DNA from: an uncultured delta proteobacterium
Lineage (GTDB): Bacteria > Desulfobacterota > Desulfobacteria > Desulfobacterales > QNYZ01
DNA length: 64,000 nt
Direction: 5' to 3'
Assembly: GCA_963845145.1 (NCBI GenBank)
Contig: CAWJQU010000005.1
Coordinates: 1,056,001 to 1,120,000 of the forward strand
A program made the translations under genes and the position numbers. Below the pieces are notes generated by a model. The model was not told the origin of the DNA and ran no database searches. It saw nothing but the letters and a program-made list of their open reading frames with translations. Positions 30,857 to 41,072 of this stretch are shown here, in pieces (positions within the stretch are counted from its first letter, which is position 1; every line of letters starts with the position of its first letter).

Positions 30857-31237
30857 TCACGAATTAAACGGCGAAGCGTTGTTCTCAAGTGCGCCGTTCA
30901 ATAAAAAAATCAACTCTTCCGGATCAACCGGTTTGGATACACAGGCAAAAATATGGGATCGCATGGATTCCTGAAGTTCCGGATGAAAAGGCTCGCCTGA
31001 AATGGCAAGTAGGGCCACCTTCGGGTTTGCTTTTTTGAATTTTCGAATATCTGCATTCGATAATATGACATTGTCCAGATCGATTAAGACCGCTGCCACG
31101 GACATGCTCTCCAAATGCGTTTCGACGATTTGAAGTGTTTTAGATGTCTGGGCTATGAAGTGATGCGTTTCAAGCTCCCGGCCTAATTTATCGGTCTGGT
31201 TTTGATCTGCGCCCACGAAAATAATCGTTCGTTCCAT
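30857..31237 (-). CDS. Stand-alone, atypical response-regulator receiver domain
   Basis: CheY-like pattern: VLIDLD, LLAIS, SKPVDPEEL; N-terminal acidic pair degenerate. Confidence 0.75.
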   Translation of the reverse strand: MERTIIFVGADQNQTDKLGRELETHHFIAQTSKTLQIVETHLESMSVAAVLIDLDNVILSNADIRKFKKANPKVALLAISGEPFHPELQESMRSHIFACVSKPVDPEELIFLLNGALENNASPFNS

Positions 31238-31331
31238 TGATTTTCACCTGATAATACAAGCTGTTAAATCGATTGGGACGCGCTGGGACTATTTGCCTAA
31301 TTCTACCATTTCCTAACCATCTCAATACATC

Positions 31332-31346
31332 GCAATATAAGTGCCA
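31332..31346 (-). promoter_or_regulatory. sigma54 (-24/-12) promoter of the receiver-arrA-arrB-anchor-chaperone operon
   Basis: Minus strand TGGCACTTATATTGC matches TGGCAC-N5-TTGC, ~95 bp upstream of the first gene and next to a sigma54 activator gene. Confidence 0.85.
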
Positions 31347-31718
31347 TATCGCTAACCAAAATGGTCACCTCGGCCCGCAATGGCAGTTTTAATCGAAATT
31401 GTATTTCTTAACCATCTGAATATATTAGTTTTATTTAAATCGGGCCGGATTTGCCTCTGGAAGATTCATTCCAAGAAAGAGCCGCATGTCGGCTGGCGAA
31501 CAGTTATAGTGGTGTGCGGAATTTGGACACTCTCATGCCAATATTCAAATATCACCTTAAATATCAGTGATTAATAGTGTGTTTGATTTAGTCAGATGCG
31601 TCTGAGACATCGTTTTCGAGGCTTTGAAAAGTTGATGAAATCGTAAAAAGTCATCAAGGTTGCCATTATGGGAAAGGGATGGGTGTCGATGGAAAAAGGG
31701 TAAATACTGATTTTTTGT

Positions 31719-33956
31719 TTAAGGGCGCTTGGGCGTTGCGATTTGATATTTTTTCAATTTGGAGTAAAGCGTACTCCGGCCGATGCCCAATCGTTTGGCC
31801 GCTTCCATTTTATTCCACCTGCTGGCCTCAAGCGCTTCCAGTAAAAGGTTTTTCTCCGTCCCCTGGAGGGTTCGACCGGGGTCAACTTTAGGGGCTTCGT
31901 CCGGCGTATTGACGATATTGGCCGGCAGATCGGTTGTCTGAATTTCGCCGCGGTTACTTAACACAACCGCATGTTCGATACTGTTTTCAAGCTCACGTAC
32001 GTTTCCGGGCCATCGGTAATTCAATAAAATGCGCATGGTTCCGGAACTGATGGTGTGAATGGTTTTGCCCTGCAACCGGGCAAAGCGCTTAAGAAAATAT
32101 TGAGCTAATATTGGAATATCATTAAATCGTTTGCGCAAAGGCGGCATCTGAATGGGGATAACATTCAGTCTATAGTAAAGGTCTTCCCGGAAACGCCCAT
32201 TGATCACCTCTTCCAACAAATCCTGGTTCGTCGCTGCAATGACCCGGACATCAACGGATATCGGTTTTTGGCCCCCAATACGTTCCACCTTGAATGTCTG
32301 CAAGACCCGCAATAACTTGACCTGAGCCGTTAGGGGGATCTCGCCGATTTCGTCCAGGAAAACCGTCCCACCGATCGCTTTTTCAAATCGACCTTTATTT
32401 TGCCTAAATGCACCCGTAAAGCTGCCTTTTTCGTGCCCAAAAAGTTCGCTTTCCAAAAGAGTGCTGGGGTAGGCGGAACAATTGATGACGACGAAGGGGC
32501 CGCTGCTGCGTCGGCTTTTTACATGGATGGCGCGGGCGACCAGCTCCTTACCGGTCCCGCTTTCACCTTGAATCAATACCGTGGCATCCGATGGCGCCAC
32601 GTTTTCGATCATCTTATAAATGATCTGCATTTCGGGCGCTTTGCCGATCAATCCCGCATAGCCCGAAGTCTGTTCGATCTTGCTGCGTAGTTGGCGAATC
32701 TCTTCTTCGTTGGCGCTGGCGCGTCGAATGGCGGCGGCGGTTTGGCTTAAAATGAGCTCAATGATCGTTAAATCATTGGTGACGCATTTACAACTGCCAG
32801 GGCAACCCACACACACCACGCCAAGCGACAAATCCTGATAAACCAGAGGAAAAGCGGCAATCGTCTGAGCAGCTTCCAGCTCAGCAATGTTGATCGGAAT
32901 TCGGTCCGGGGCAAGAAATTGCATTTCCCCGAGCTTGGCGGCGTTTTCAATAACCTTTGTAGACGTAGGGGGGCCAAATACATTTATGGCGCCTTCGGTA
33001 AAGACGAAAAGATTATCTCCACGATCGCTAAAAATGATAATCGTCAATTTCCGGCACTCGACGATTTGTTCAATTCTATTCACAAGATATTCGCAAATAT
33101 CCTGCAAATTGGCCATTGCTCCAACAGCCTTGGCAATCTCAAAAGAGATGCGTGTTTGTTCGTGGGAATGGTTCAGTTCGCTATTTTTTTCCTCAAGTTC
33201 TTGGCGGCTATGTTCGAGTCGCCGGGTATATTCGCGAATGCGATCAAGCATACTCTGAAATGCCGTGCGAAGAAGGTTGACCTCCATGTCGCCTTTGGGA
33301 CCCTGTTTTAACGATAGATGCGTTTCATCAATTTGGCCGACGGCTTCGGTCAATTTTAAAAGCGGTGTCATAATTTTGCGCACTAGTATCAGGCTTGTAG
33401 ACAAGGCCGCTGTCAGGATACCGATGGTGATAAAACCGATCTGGGTCCATATCCGCAATAGTTGGGTTCGGTAAGGTTTTTCGGAATACCCTACGCGCAA
33501 AACGCCGGCTTTACCGCCGAATATAGGCCAGGCCACGTCGATAAAGTAGTCTTTTTGATGTGACACTATTTTTTCAATGTGGCCGGTTTCATTTTTCAGC
33601 GGGGCATTGGCGTTGATAAGGCCCTGGGGAACGCCATTTTCAAATGTATGGGTTAGTATATTCTCTTTTTGTTGAATAAAAAGATAAGCGATTGCAGGGT
33701 CACGGTGAACCTGATCATCAAGAAGCTGCTGCAACGACACCAAGTCGTTGATCAGGATTTTATCGGCCGCGCTAAGGGCCACTTCATGGGCCAGTTTTTC
33801 TGCTTGGGCCCGGGCCCCATTGAAAAGGCTGATGCGATACCAATGTACAACCACCAGCGAAATAACCAAGCCACTCGTCACAACCACACCGGTTATCGCC
33901 AGAATGATTCTGTGTTTAAGACTTTGGGGGGTGAATCGCCGGAGTTTCATCGCCAT
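31719..33956 (-). CDS. Membrane-anchored sigma54-dependent activator (TM-periplasmic sensor-TM-HAMP-GAF-like-AAA+-Fis HTH)
   Basis: Two TM segments around a periplasmic domain, HAMP (PLLKLTEAV), [70 protein letters not shown]. Confidence 0.9.
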   Translation of the reverse strand: MAMKLRRFTPQSLKHRIILAITGVVVTSGLVISLVVVHWYRISLFNGARAQAEKLAHEVALSAADKILINDLVSLQQLLDDQVHRDPAIAYLFIQQKENILTHTFENGVPQGLINANAPLKNETGHIEKIVSHQKDYFIDVAWPIFGGKAGVLRVGYSEKPYRTQLLRIWTQIGFITIGILTAALSTSLILVRKIMTPLLKLTEAVGQIDETHLSLKQGPKGDMEVNLLRTAFQSMLDRIREYTRRLEHSRQELEEKNSELNHSHEQTRISFEIAKAVGAMANLQDICEYLVNRIEQIVECRKLTIIIFSDRGDNLFVFTEGAINVFGPPTSTKVIENAAKLGEMQFLAPDRIPINIAELEAAQTIAAFPLVYQDLSLGVVCVGCPGSCKCVTNDLTIIELILSQTAAAIRRASANEEEIRQLRSKIEQTSGYAGLIGKAPEMQIIYKMIENVAPSDATVLIQGESGTGKELVARAIHVKSRRSSGPFVVINCSAYPSTLLESELFGHEKGSFTGAFRQNKGRFEKAIGGTVFLDEIGEIPLTAQVKLLRVLQTFKVERIGGQKPISVDVRVIAATNQDLLEEVINGRFREDLYYRLNVIPIQMPPLRKRFNDIPILAQYFLKRFARLQGKTIHTISSGTMRILLNYRWPGNVRELENSIEHAVVLSNRGEIQTTDLPANIVNTPDEAPKVDPGRTLQGTEKNLLLEALEASRWNKMEAAKRLGIGRSTLYSKLKKYQIATPKRP

Positions 33957-34947
33957 ATACCCTCTGTTTGATTACTCGGACCGACTCATACCAGGCCTCT
34001 TCAGCGGGGGCGAAATGGTCTATAAGAAGTTCGTCTAAAATTTTCCGCCCGGCCGTTTCATTGTGAAGGTTTAATAAAATATCGCGGACTTTTGCCTTTA
34101 GTTCATCCGGTAAATTTGAGGCAGCGACAAACGGCGGGCTGCCAAAGGGCATGGATTTTTTAATGACCCGGGTTTTGGATGTATAAACAGGGTTCAGCCG
34201 GCTATAAAACTCCCAAATATGGCTGTCGACCGTTGCACCATCAACAAGGGATTTGGCAACGGCCAGAATGGAATTATCATGACTGTAGGTGAAATGAACG
34301 CTTTTAAAATAGGACTCCGGGGTCTCTCCGATCTCCTTGAGCCAGTAAGTGGGAATTAAGGCACCCGTATTCGATTGGGGGTCTGTAAACGCAAATTTAT
34401 GCCCCCTCAGGTCTTCAAAACGATTAATAGAGCTATCCCTGTTGACGATCAAATATGACTGATAGTAAGGCTCTCCGCGAACAATGGGTGTTGCCAAAGC
34501 TTCGAAGCCGTAGCGTTCCCTGCCGGAAGCGTAGGGCCCGGTGCAGATGAAGGCAAGATCGACTTGGCCCTTGCGAATCAGTTCATTGATTTCACCATAT
34601 GTTTTACGTTGGATAAACTTTACATCCTGTTCAAGTTTTTGACCGATATAATTGAGAAGTTTTTGATAATGAACAAGGGTTTCTTTGGGTGAAATCATTG
34701 CCGCGATAGCCACCCGAAAGCTTTTTTGATCGGAAGGATTTGGTTCCGGCCTTGCAACGGATATGGTTTGTCTGAAGTCGACCGACTTATAATCTTTTTG
34801 ATCGCTGCAACCGAGGGAGATTGTGCCCACGGTCAGGATGGCGAGCAGGAATATCATAGACGACGCACTTTTTTTTTCTAAAGAACGAACGCTTATAATT
34901 GGTTCTGTGTGGCTGTCGCCCGAGACGACATCAAGGTTGGTTTTCAT
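33916..34947 (-). CDS. PhnD-family periplasmic oxyanion-binding protein, AioX/ArrT-like
   Basis: Lipobox-like SLGC, QRKTYGEINEL, DLAFICTGPY, FAFTDPQSNTG, SHDNSILAV; overlaps the activator gene. Confidence 0.85.
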   Translation of the reverse strand: MKTNLDVVSGDSHTEPIISVRSLEKKSASSMIFLLAILTVGTISLGCSDQKDYKSVDFRQTISVARPEPNPSDQKSFRVAIAAMISPKETLVHYQKLLNYIGQKLEQDVKFIQRKTYGEINELIRKGQVDLAFICTGPYASGRERYGFEALATPIVRGEPYYQSYLIVNRDSSINRFEDLRGHKFAFTDPQSNTGALIPTYWLKEIGETPESYFKSVHFTYSHDNSILAVAKSLVDGATVDSHIWEFYSRLNPVYTSKTRVIKKSMPFGSPPFVAASNLPDELKAKVRDILLNLHNETAGRKILDELLIDHFAPAEEAWYESVRVIKQRVYGDETPAIHPPKS

Positions 34948-35187
34948 GCGGCCCCCGTATTTTAATTTTTTGGGGCGAATTTGTATATCTTATCCGTATT
35001 GAACTTAGATATCAATTAAAATATATTTACACCCGTTCGATTCTGTTTTAGCCTTATTCGGTATGAATTATCGTTGCAAGCGGTTATCGTTATCGGACAA
35101 TAAGGTCTTTTTTGATTTTTAATCCATGTGTATCGACTGTTTTTTAAACTATTTAAACAGCGTTCATGACAAAATGGGTATTTGATT

Positions 35188-36303
35188 ATGGCACGTATCG
35201 TATACGGCGTATCTGGTGAGGGATCGGGGCACTCGTCCCGCGCCCGGGTGGTGTTGGAACATTTGGTCCGGGCCGGACACGAGATTAAAGTGGTGACCTA
35301 CGGGCGCGGGGTGCAACATCTGGGAGGGGATTTTGATGTTTTTGAAACCGAGGGGCTCCATATTGCCAGCGTGGATAACCGGGTGGCACCATTAAAAACC
35401 CTTGCGACCAATCTTAAAAGCCTTCCCCATGGCCATAAAAAACTTAAGCATTTACGCAAGGATGTTTTCAAAACGTTCAAGCCCCACGTGGTGATCACCG
35501 ACTTTGAACCCATGTGTGCGTATCTGGCCCATCATTATGAGCTGCCGCTAATCACCATCGATAACCAGCATCGGCTGAGGTATATGCGCTATGACTATCC
35601 TTCTCATTTGCGCCACGAACGCAAGCTGGCTGTCAATATCATCCGGGGCATGGTACCGAAACCCGATGTCTCTCTGGTAACCACCTTCTACGCCGGCGAA
35701 TTAAAGAACCTGCGAACGTTCCTTTTCCCACCGTTGATCAGGTCTCGGGTTCAACATTTGACAGGGAAAAAAATGAACCATATTCTGGTATATCTGACCA
35801 GTGGTTTTGAATCGTTTCTGGATCTGCTCAACCAGTTTCCCCGCGAGCAATTTATTGTTTACGGCCAGGGCAGCGAGGGGCAAAAGGGTCACCTGACTTT
35901 CAAAGCTCCCAGCATCGATGGCTTTCTTGACGATCTGGCAACCTGCAAAGGGGTCATGGCCACTGCCGGGTTCACCCTTATGACCGAAGCATTGTATCTT
36001 AAAAAACCTTACCTGGCCCTCCCCATGGCCGGTCAGTTCGAGCAGGCCATCAACGGTATTTTTCTGGAGAAGTTAGGGTGTGGCATCAACCTGCAAAGAA
36101 TTAACCCGGATGGTATCGGCCATTTTTTGTACCGTTTGTCGGATTTTGAAGATGCCCTGGCCGAGCAACCCCCGTTTGACAATCAACCCCTGTTGGATAA
36201 ACTCGATACCCTTCTGGCCGATAACGGCGAAGTGGCAAACCGCTTTCGAAAAAAGCGAAAACGATTCAGCCGCCGTCCGGAAAAAGGCGAAGTCATCGGT
36301 TAA
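35188..36303 (+). CDS. Glycosyltransferase, MJ1255/VC2487-like (GT-B)
   Basis: ARIVYGVSGEGSGHSSRA, VITDFEP, IDNQH, TAGFTLMTEALYLKKP, GQFEQ. Confidence 0.85.
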   Translation: MARIVYGVSGEGSGHSSRARVVLEHLVRAGHEIKVVTYGRGVQHLGGDFDVFETEGLHIASVDNRVAPLKTLATNLKSLPHGHKKLKHLRKDVFKTFKPHVVITDFEPMCAYLAHHYELPLITIDNQHRLRYMRYDYPSHLRHERKLAVNIIRGMVPKPDVSLVTTFYAGELKNLRTFLFPPLIRSRVQHLTGKKMNHILVYLTSGFESFLDLLNQFPREQFIVYGQGSEGQKGHLTFKAPSIDGFLDDLATCKGVMATAGFTLMTEALYLKKPYLALPMAGQFEQAINGIFLEKLGCGINLQRINPDGIGHFLYRLSDFEDALAEQPPFDNQPLLDKLDTLLADNGEVANRFRKKRKRFSRRPEKGEVIG

Positions 36304-36468
36304 TGTGGTTCAATATCTCCATGCTTCTTGAAATTTGCTACCCGGGGCTTACTTTGTTTTAGGGACTTAACCGAAACCATCAATGTGATGATTTTCGGTG
36401 ATTGATTATATCATTATCTCAACCCAACGATTAATTACCCAAAGGCGCATTTAAATGGGGGGCACTAA

Positions 36469-36924
36469 ATGGAACCTAACCCAATACCCACGGTCGCATT
36501 CTCGCTGACGGTAAAAGATGCAAACAGAGCTTTGGCCTTTTACACTGACGCCTTAGGCGCCAAGGAAGTCTTTCGCATGCCGACGCCTGAAGGTGGCGTG
36601 GCCCATGCTGAGTTTACAATCGGTAATTCCCACATCTATATTTCGGACGAATCCGAAGAGTGGCACGCCTTTGCCATGGCTGACGGCACTACTGCTTCCT
36701 GTCTTTTTTCAGTAGCGACTGACAATTGTGACTCGGCCTACAAACAAGCCATTGACGCCGGAGGCGAATCGCTGAGTGAGCCGACGGATCAGTTTTGGGG
36801 TAGCCGATCGGCGATTGTCAAAGACCCATTCGGATACCGGTGGTCTCTCAACCAGCAAATCGAAGAGGTATCGCCTGAAGAGTTGATGAAAAGGGCTCAG
36901 GCGCTCTTTTCCGAAAATAAGTAG
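36469..36924 (+). CDS. VOC/glyoxalase family protein (PhnB-like)
   Basis: ALAFYTDALGA, HAEFTIG, DQFWGSR, DPFGYRW. Confidence 0.9.
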   Translation: MEPNPIPTVAFSLTVKDANRALAFYTDALGAKEVFRMPTPEGGVAHAEFTIGNSHIYISDESEEWHAFAMADGTTASCLFSVATDNCDSAYKQAIDAGGESLSEPTDQFWGSRSAIVKDPFGYRWSLNQQIEEVSPEELMKRAQALFSENK

Positions 36925-36968
36925 CTTTGGCTCTCGCCCTTTCAGTTAATTTTTGAGATGGATATGTT

Positions 36969-37691
36969 ATGACTCTAAAGACTGGCACATTGAGGGCCAC
37001 ACGTCTTTCACGTCGCCGTTTCCTGACGCTTTCCGCTCAAGCAGGCATGTTGCTGTTTGCCGGTTCGTTACCCGGTTGCAAACAGCGTCAATCCTCGATA
37101 TCTCTACCGGGCCTACCCTACGCTGAAGATGCCCTTGAACCGGTCATCTCTGCAAAAACGGTGCATTACCACTACGGCAAGCATCACAAAGGGTACATGG
37201 ACACGCTCAACCAATTGGTGACCAACACGCCCCTGGCCGGGCAATCACTCAAGGATATTATCAGATCCACTGTCGGGCGGCCTGAAAGCCGAAAAATCTT
37301 TCATAACGCCGCTCAGGCATGGAACCATCGCTTCTACTGGCGAAGCCTTACGCCACACGGCGGCGGCAAGCCGTCCGGGGCGTTGAAAGCCAGGATTGAT
37401 GGCACTTTCGGTAGCGTTTCGGATTTTAAAAAAGGGATGGTTCACGCCGCTGCTACACAGTTCGGCAGCGGTTGGGTCTGGTTAGTGTCGACAAACGATA
37501 AGCTCAAAATCGTAACCACCGGGAATGCAGACCTACCGCTTGCCGAGGGCATGAAACCACTTTTGGCCATCGATGTATGGGAGCATGCCTATTATCTGGA
37601 TTATCAGCACCGCCGGGCCGACTACGTCGAGGCCGTGATCGACAAGTTGATCAGCTGGCCGTTTGCCCAAGAAAACCTGGGCGTAAATTAA
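36969..37691 (+). CDS. sodB: Fe/Mn superoxide dismutase (Fe-type signature) with Tat signal and lipobox
   Basis: LPYAEDALEP, HYGKHH, NAAQAWNH, FGSGWVWL, DVWEHAYY; N-terminal SRRRFL and LPGC. Confidence 0.88.
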   Translation: MTLKTGTLRATRLSRRRFLTLSAQAGMLLFAGSLPGCKQRQSSISLPGLPYAEDALEPVISAKTVHYHYGKHHKGYMDTLNQLVTNTPLAGQSLKDIIRSTVGRPESRKIFHNAAQAWNHRFYWRSLTPHGGGKPSGALKARIDGTFGSVSDFKKGMVHAAATQFGSGWVWLVSTNDKLKIVTTGNADLPLAEGMKPLLAIDVWEHAYYLDYQHRRADYVEAVIDKLISWPFAQENLGVN

Positions 37692-37898
37692 ATCCAGAAC
37701 CTCCGATAATTTTCACCGGAGAGGGTTGTACATACATATAAACGCCAATCTTTCATTCCTTTCTTCTTAAATTTGTTCACCGGTGTCTTGGTGATCGTTA
37801 AATTTAGATCAACATTAAGAATTGCCTTTATCTGATCAATCCCGCCCATCCGAACTTTGACAAGCTTGTTGTCCATCCGCCACAAAATGCCCTTGGCC

Positions 37899-38420
37899 CT
37901 AATCAAAACTGAAACCGGATAAATAATCGCCAAGTTTTTGCCTATTCTCGTGTGCCATCGGTGGGCAGGCATCCTGATCGCGGATACCTTCTGCGACCCG
38001 CGTGGCAAATACCAGACAGGTCGGCTCACCACATTCCCGACAGTTGGTTTTCGGCAATAGTTTTAAAATATCGAGAATACCGGGTTTGGATGCCCCTTGG
38101 TAGCTTGGCGTGATCTCTTCACGACGATTCCAGATATCATTGATCTCATTCCGCAGCCAGGCAAGGATTTTATCCGTTTCGGCCTCATCCTTTAATGCAT
38201 TGATGGCAATTTTTCGAGGATGGACGCTGATTAACTTGCCCTGCAGCTTAAAGGTGACCGCCGGCGGATCCAGCGTATAGGTGTCTCCACCCAACTCCGC
38301 ATTGAGGTAAGGCAATACTCCTGAAATATCTTCAGAAAGATGGGCATGGCAGTGAAATGACTGGGCCCCCGGCATACATTTTGATCGAAAAATCTCTTTG
38401 GAATAGGCCTTTAACAACAT
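37899..38420 (-). CDS. Small Fe-S-binding protein with a C-terminal putative Fe-S cluster domain
   Basis: LPYLNAEL; LPKTNCRECGEPTCLVFA...CP. Confidence 0.8.
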   Translation of the reverse strand: MLLKAYSKEIFRSKCMPGAQSFHCHAHLSEDISGVLPYLNAELGGDTYTLDPPAVTFKLQGKLISVHPRKIAINALKDEAETDKILAWLRNEINDIWNRREEITPSYQGASKPGILDILKLLPKTNCRECGEPTCLVFATRVAEGIRDQDACPPMAHENRQKLGDYLSGFSFD

Positions 38421-38668
38421 GACATCATACCCAACGTGGTTGATTTTCGCAGAATCCTACAAGATGTTATCCGGGTTTTTTGTGCAGCTTTTCCTTTAAG
38501 ACGGAAGCGGGCATGAAAAGGTTACACTTTGGACAATGGCGATAAGGCGCCACCCAATTGCTTTTTGAATCCTCTGTACGGTTCAAATTCGTAACCAAGT
38601 GATTGATAGAACCGATGCGCTTCCTTTCGTTCCGTTTCGGTGACAAATATGATTTGGCAACAATAATT

Positions 38669-39517
38669 TTATATTTCAAGTGATCGCAAACAATAGGTCG
38701 GGCGCATAGATTCTGTGAGAACGGTTTCCGGCATCTTGGTTATCACACCCGTTCCAACCCAAGCGGCATCAAGCCCAAAGGCCCGTGCTCCTTTAATATC
38801 TGTCGTCAATTGGTCGCCGATCATTACCATTTTTCGCGTGCCACTGCGTGAAAGGGCTTCCTCAAAAATCGATTTGTGGGGTTTTCCTAATCGAATAAAC
38901 GTTAGATCGTTACGATGCGGATATCTAGCCCGTAGCGCCGCTTCAAACATGGCGGCAATACTCCCTGAAGTGAATCCCAGCCCATGGTCGGATTTGGGGT
39001 AAATAAGATCCGGGTTGGGTAAAATCAAATGCACGACCTTCCCATTATCAAGCGAGCGGCATAGAGAAGTAAACACCTTGTCCACCGTTTCAAAAAAAGG
39101 AAACCCTGCTTCATCAGCAATGACCAACACGTCAAAAGATTGGCCGGGAGAAACCACAATACCACCGGCTTGTTCTACATATCGAACACTATCGGCAGGC
39201 CCCAGAACGATACAATTCGCCCCCTTCAGATGATGTGTGGCGAAATAAGCTTTTAGCAGGCTTCCAGAAGAAATGATGCGATCGACGCTCAGATCCAACC
39301 CGTATTCCTTATAGCGCATTGCAGCGGTTTCGGGCAGTTTTGAGGCATCGTTGGTCAAAATGTAATACGGCTTCCCGATTTGATTCAAATATTCAAACAA
39401 CTCGATTGCGCCGGGCAATGCTCCCGTGCTATGGACCAATACACCATAGGCGTCGAAAAGCAGGACTTCATACTGTTCAATCAATTGTTCAATCGTAATT
39501 TCAGGGATATCACCCAT
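38669..39517 (-). CDS. HAD-superfamily hydrolase, subfamily IIA (NagD-like)
   Basis: LLFDAYGVL, LTND, NPDL, GKP, MIGDQLTTDI. Confidence 0.9.
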   Translation of the reverse strand: MGDIPEITIEQLIEQYEVLLFDAYGVLVHSTGALPGAIELFEYLNQIGKPYYILTNDASKLPETAAMRYKEYGLDLSVDRIISSGSLLKAYFATHHLKGANCIVLGPADSVRYVEQAGGIVVSPGQSFDVLVIADEAGFPFFETVDKVFTSLCRSLDNGKVVHLILPNPDLIYPKSDHGLGFTSGSIAAMFEAALRARYPHRNDLTFIRLGKPHKSIFEEALSRSGTRKMVMIGDQLTTDIKGARAFGLDAAWVGTGVITKMPETVLTESMRPTYCLRSLEI

Positions 39518-39616
39518 TAAGTGTTCCCCCTTTCGGGTTTGCTATCCAAAATAATCTTTTTAGTCGGCACCGGGAGGTGGGTTGAAGATATCGAGCCAAG
39601 ACCAGAACCATCTGCA

Positions 39617-39754
39617 TTAAAATAATTTAGAATTGGAAATGGGCAGTGACGAAAAATTGAACATCCAGAAGAAGCCAAGGATCCCAAGTAGTAGAGCTAT
39701 CAAAAATGGTGTCGAGTAACGCTGTTCAGTCCATTGACTCACTTTTCTGATCAC
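39617..39754 (-). CDS. Small hydrophobic ORF (45 aa), possibly a truncated membrane-protein gene
   Basis: AAGGAG RBS, GTG start, single TM FLIALLLGILGFFWMF; below the ORF-track cutoff. Confidence 0.4.
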   Translation of the reverse strand: MIRKVSQWTEQRYSTPFLIALLLGILGFFWMFNFSSLPISNSKLF

Positions 39755-39788
39755 GCGTTTACTCCTTTTATTTTAAGTAAGCTTCTGA

Positions 39789-40262
39789 CTATACGCCCTT
39801 TATCATAAATATACACCCCTTTATCTTTGACATCCCCGAGGGATATGGCTGAACTGCAAATCCCATACTTTCGTACAACCGCTTGGCAGGGATATTGTCC
39901 TCAAAAACGAATAGTGAAAAACGTACGCCATCCGTACTCGTAGAATTAAGAAGTGCCGTCATCAATTTTTCACCCAGTTTCCGGCCACGTATTTTGGGGG
40001 ATAATACGATTCGCCCTAAATGCCTGCAGCCATACTTAAAAAATGCCTGGCCAAAACCAAGCAAATTTCTGCTTTCATCAACCAAGGAATAAGAATCAGC
40101 AGTATCCCAGGCAATATCAATTTTAAGTTGTTCAAGGCCCAGCGGAAAATGGACAGCGGGTCCTCCCCAGTTCTTAACATCAGACTCGGTCTCAAACCAA
40201 CCAGACAGTTCTGCCAGATCTTGTTCGGTTGCAGATCTTATCCTCACTGTAAATCCATCCAT
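39789..40262 (-). CDS. GNAT family acetyltransferase
   Basis: RIVLSPKIRGRKLG, NIPAKRLYESMGF. Confidence 0.85.
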   Translation of the reverse strand: MDGFTVRIRSATEQDLAELSGWFETESDVKNWGGPAVHFPLGLEQLKIDIAWDTADSYSLVDESRNLLGFGQAFFKYGCRHLGRIVLSPKIRGRKLGEKLMTALLNSTSTDGVRFSLFVFEDNIPAKRLYESMGFAVQPYPSGMSKIKGCIFMIKGV

Positions 40263-40283
40263 ATATCCGACTTGGTATTCTTT

Positions 40284-40751
40284 TCAATTAACCTTCTTCA
40301 AAAATAATGCTTTTAATGATTCAGTTCGTTTTTTATTCGCCCCCAAATCACTATGCCCGACTCTAGACGCTGAGCGAATATGGATGACATTCTGCGTGGA
40401 ATCGACCCTGGCTTCAAAATCATCTGTAAAGCCAAAGACAGGCGAGGTAAAAATGGCGGAAAGATATGTATCGGTTTCAATTTGAATGACACCGCCAGAT
40501 TCCTGGATAGCCTCCTTGAGAATGTTCAGGGTGTCCGCGATATTTTCCCGGGAAAGGATGATCGGATCAATATAATGATCTGTATCCTCTTTTTGCTCAC
40601 TGCACACACAATTTGGCTTGTCAGGGCATTTCAACAGTGTCCCGTTGACCACCCCCTCCGCTTTCCCTGACTTGGAAATCCGGCCTAAAATTACCAGGAG
40701 GATCGGAATCGCAATGATGATTAAAATAAGTATAATGAGTGCTTTTTTCAT
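40284..40751 (-). CDS. DUF1499 family protein
   Basis: CPDKPNCVCS, FGFTDD, IRSASRVGHSDLGANKKR. Confidence 0.85.
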   Translation of the reverse strand: MKKALIILILIIIAIPILLVILGRISKSGKAEGVVNGTLLKCPDKPNCVCSEQKEDTDHYIDPIILSRENIADTLNILKEAIQESGGVIQIETDTYLSAIFTSPVFGFTDDFEARVDSTQNVIHIRSASRVGHSDLGANKKRTESLKALFLKKVN

Positions 40752-40760
40752 ATGATTTCC

Positions 40761-41048
40761 TTATTGCCCGCAGCACTTTTTATGCTTCTTACCGCTCCCA
40801 CAAGGACAGGGTTCATTGCGCCCCACTTTCTTTTCGGCTACCCTGGTTTTCGGTGGAGTCAACAATATTTCCAAGGCTGTAATATCCTCGGGGTTATCCG
40901 GTTCCAAATTTATTGTATATTTCCAACCGTTTTTTTCAAATACGGATTCCAACTCTTTCACTCTTTTTTCTGATTGTACATTTACAACGGCGGGGTTCTT
41001 TTCGGTCCCTAATTTAGAGGCCTTTTTACCATCGAATATTTTTTTCAT
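40761..41048 (-). CDS. SEC-C motif protein (PBPRA1643-like)
   Basis: KLGTEKNP...; [20 protein letters not shown]. Confidence 0.88.
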   Translation of the reverse strand: MKKIFDGKKASKLGTEKNPAVVNVQSEKRVKELESVFEKNGWKYTINLEPDNPEDITALEILLTPPKTRVAEKKVGRNEPCPCGSGKKHKKCCGQ

Positions 41049-41072
41049 CTTTTAACCTTTCGCTTGCGCATC

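Noticed and set aside
28192..30888. ArxA, polysulfide reductase or DMSO reductase identity, and the longer 30888 start
   Set aside because: RGRY and SHSAICAEAEK fit ArrA (ArxA has GRGWG). The 30888 start overlaps the upstream gene, whereas 30774 has AGGAGG and a properly placed Tat signal.
31631..31657. TTGATGAAATCGTAAAAAGTCATCAA as an IS/MITE end
   Set aside because: Too short, with no partner end or transposase in the window.
37688..38679. ORFs 37688-38032 and 38467-38679
   Set aside because: No recognisable motifs and partial overlap with better genes; may be fragments but unsupported.
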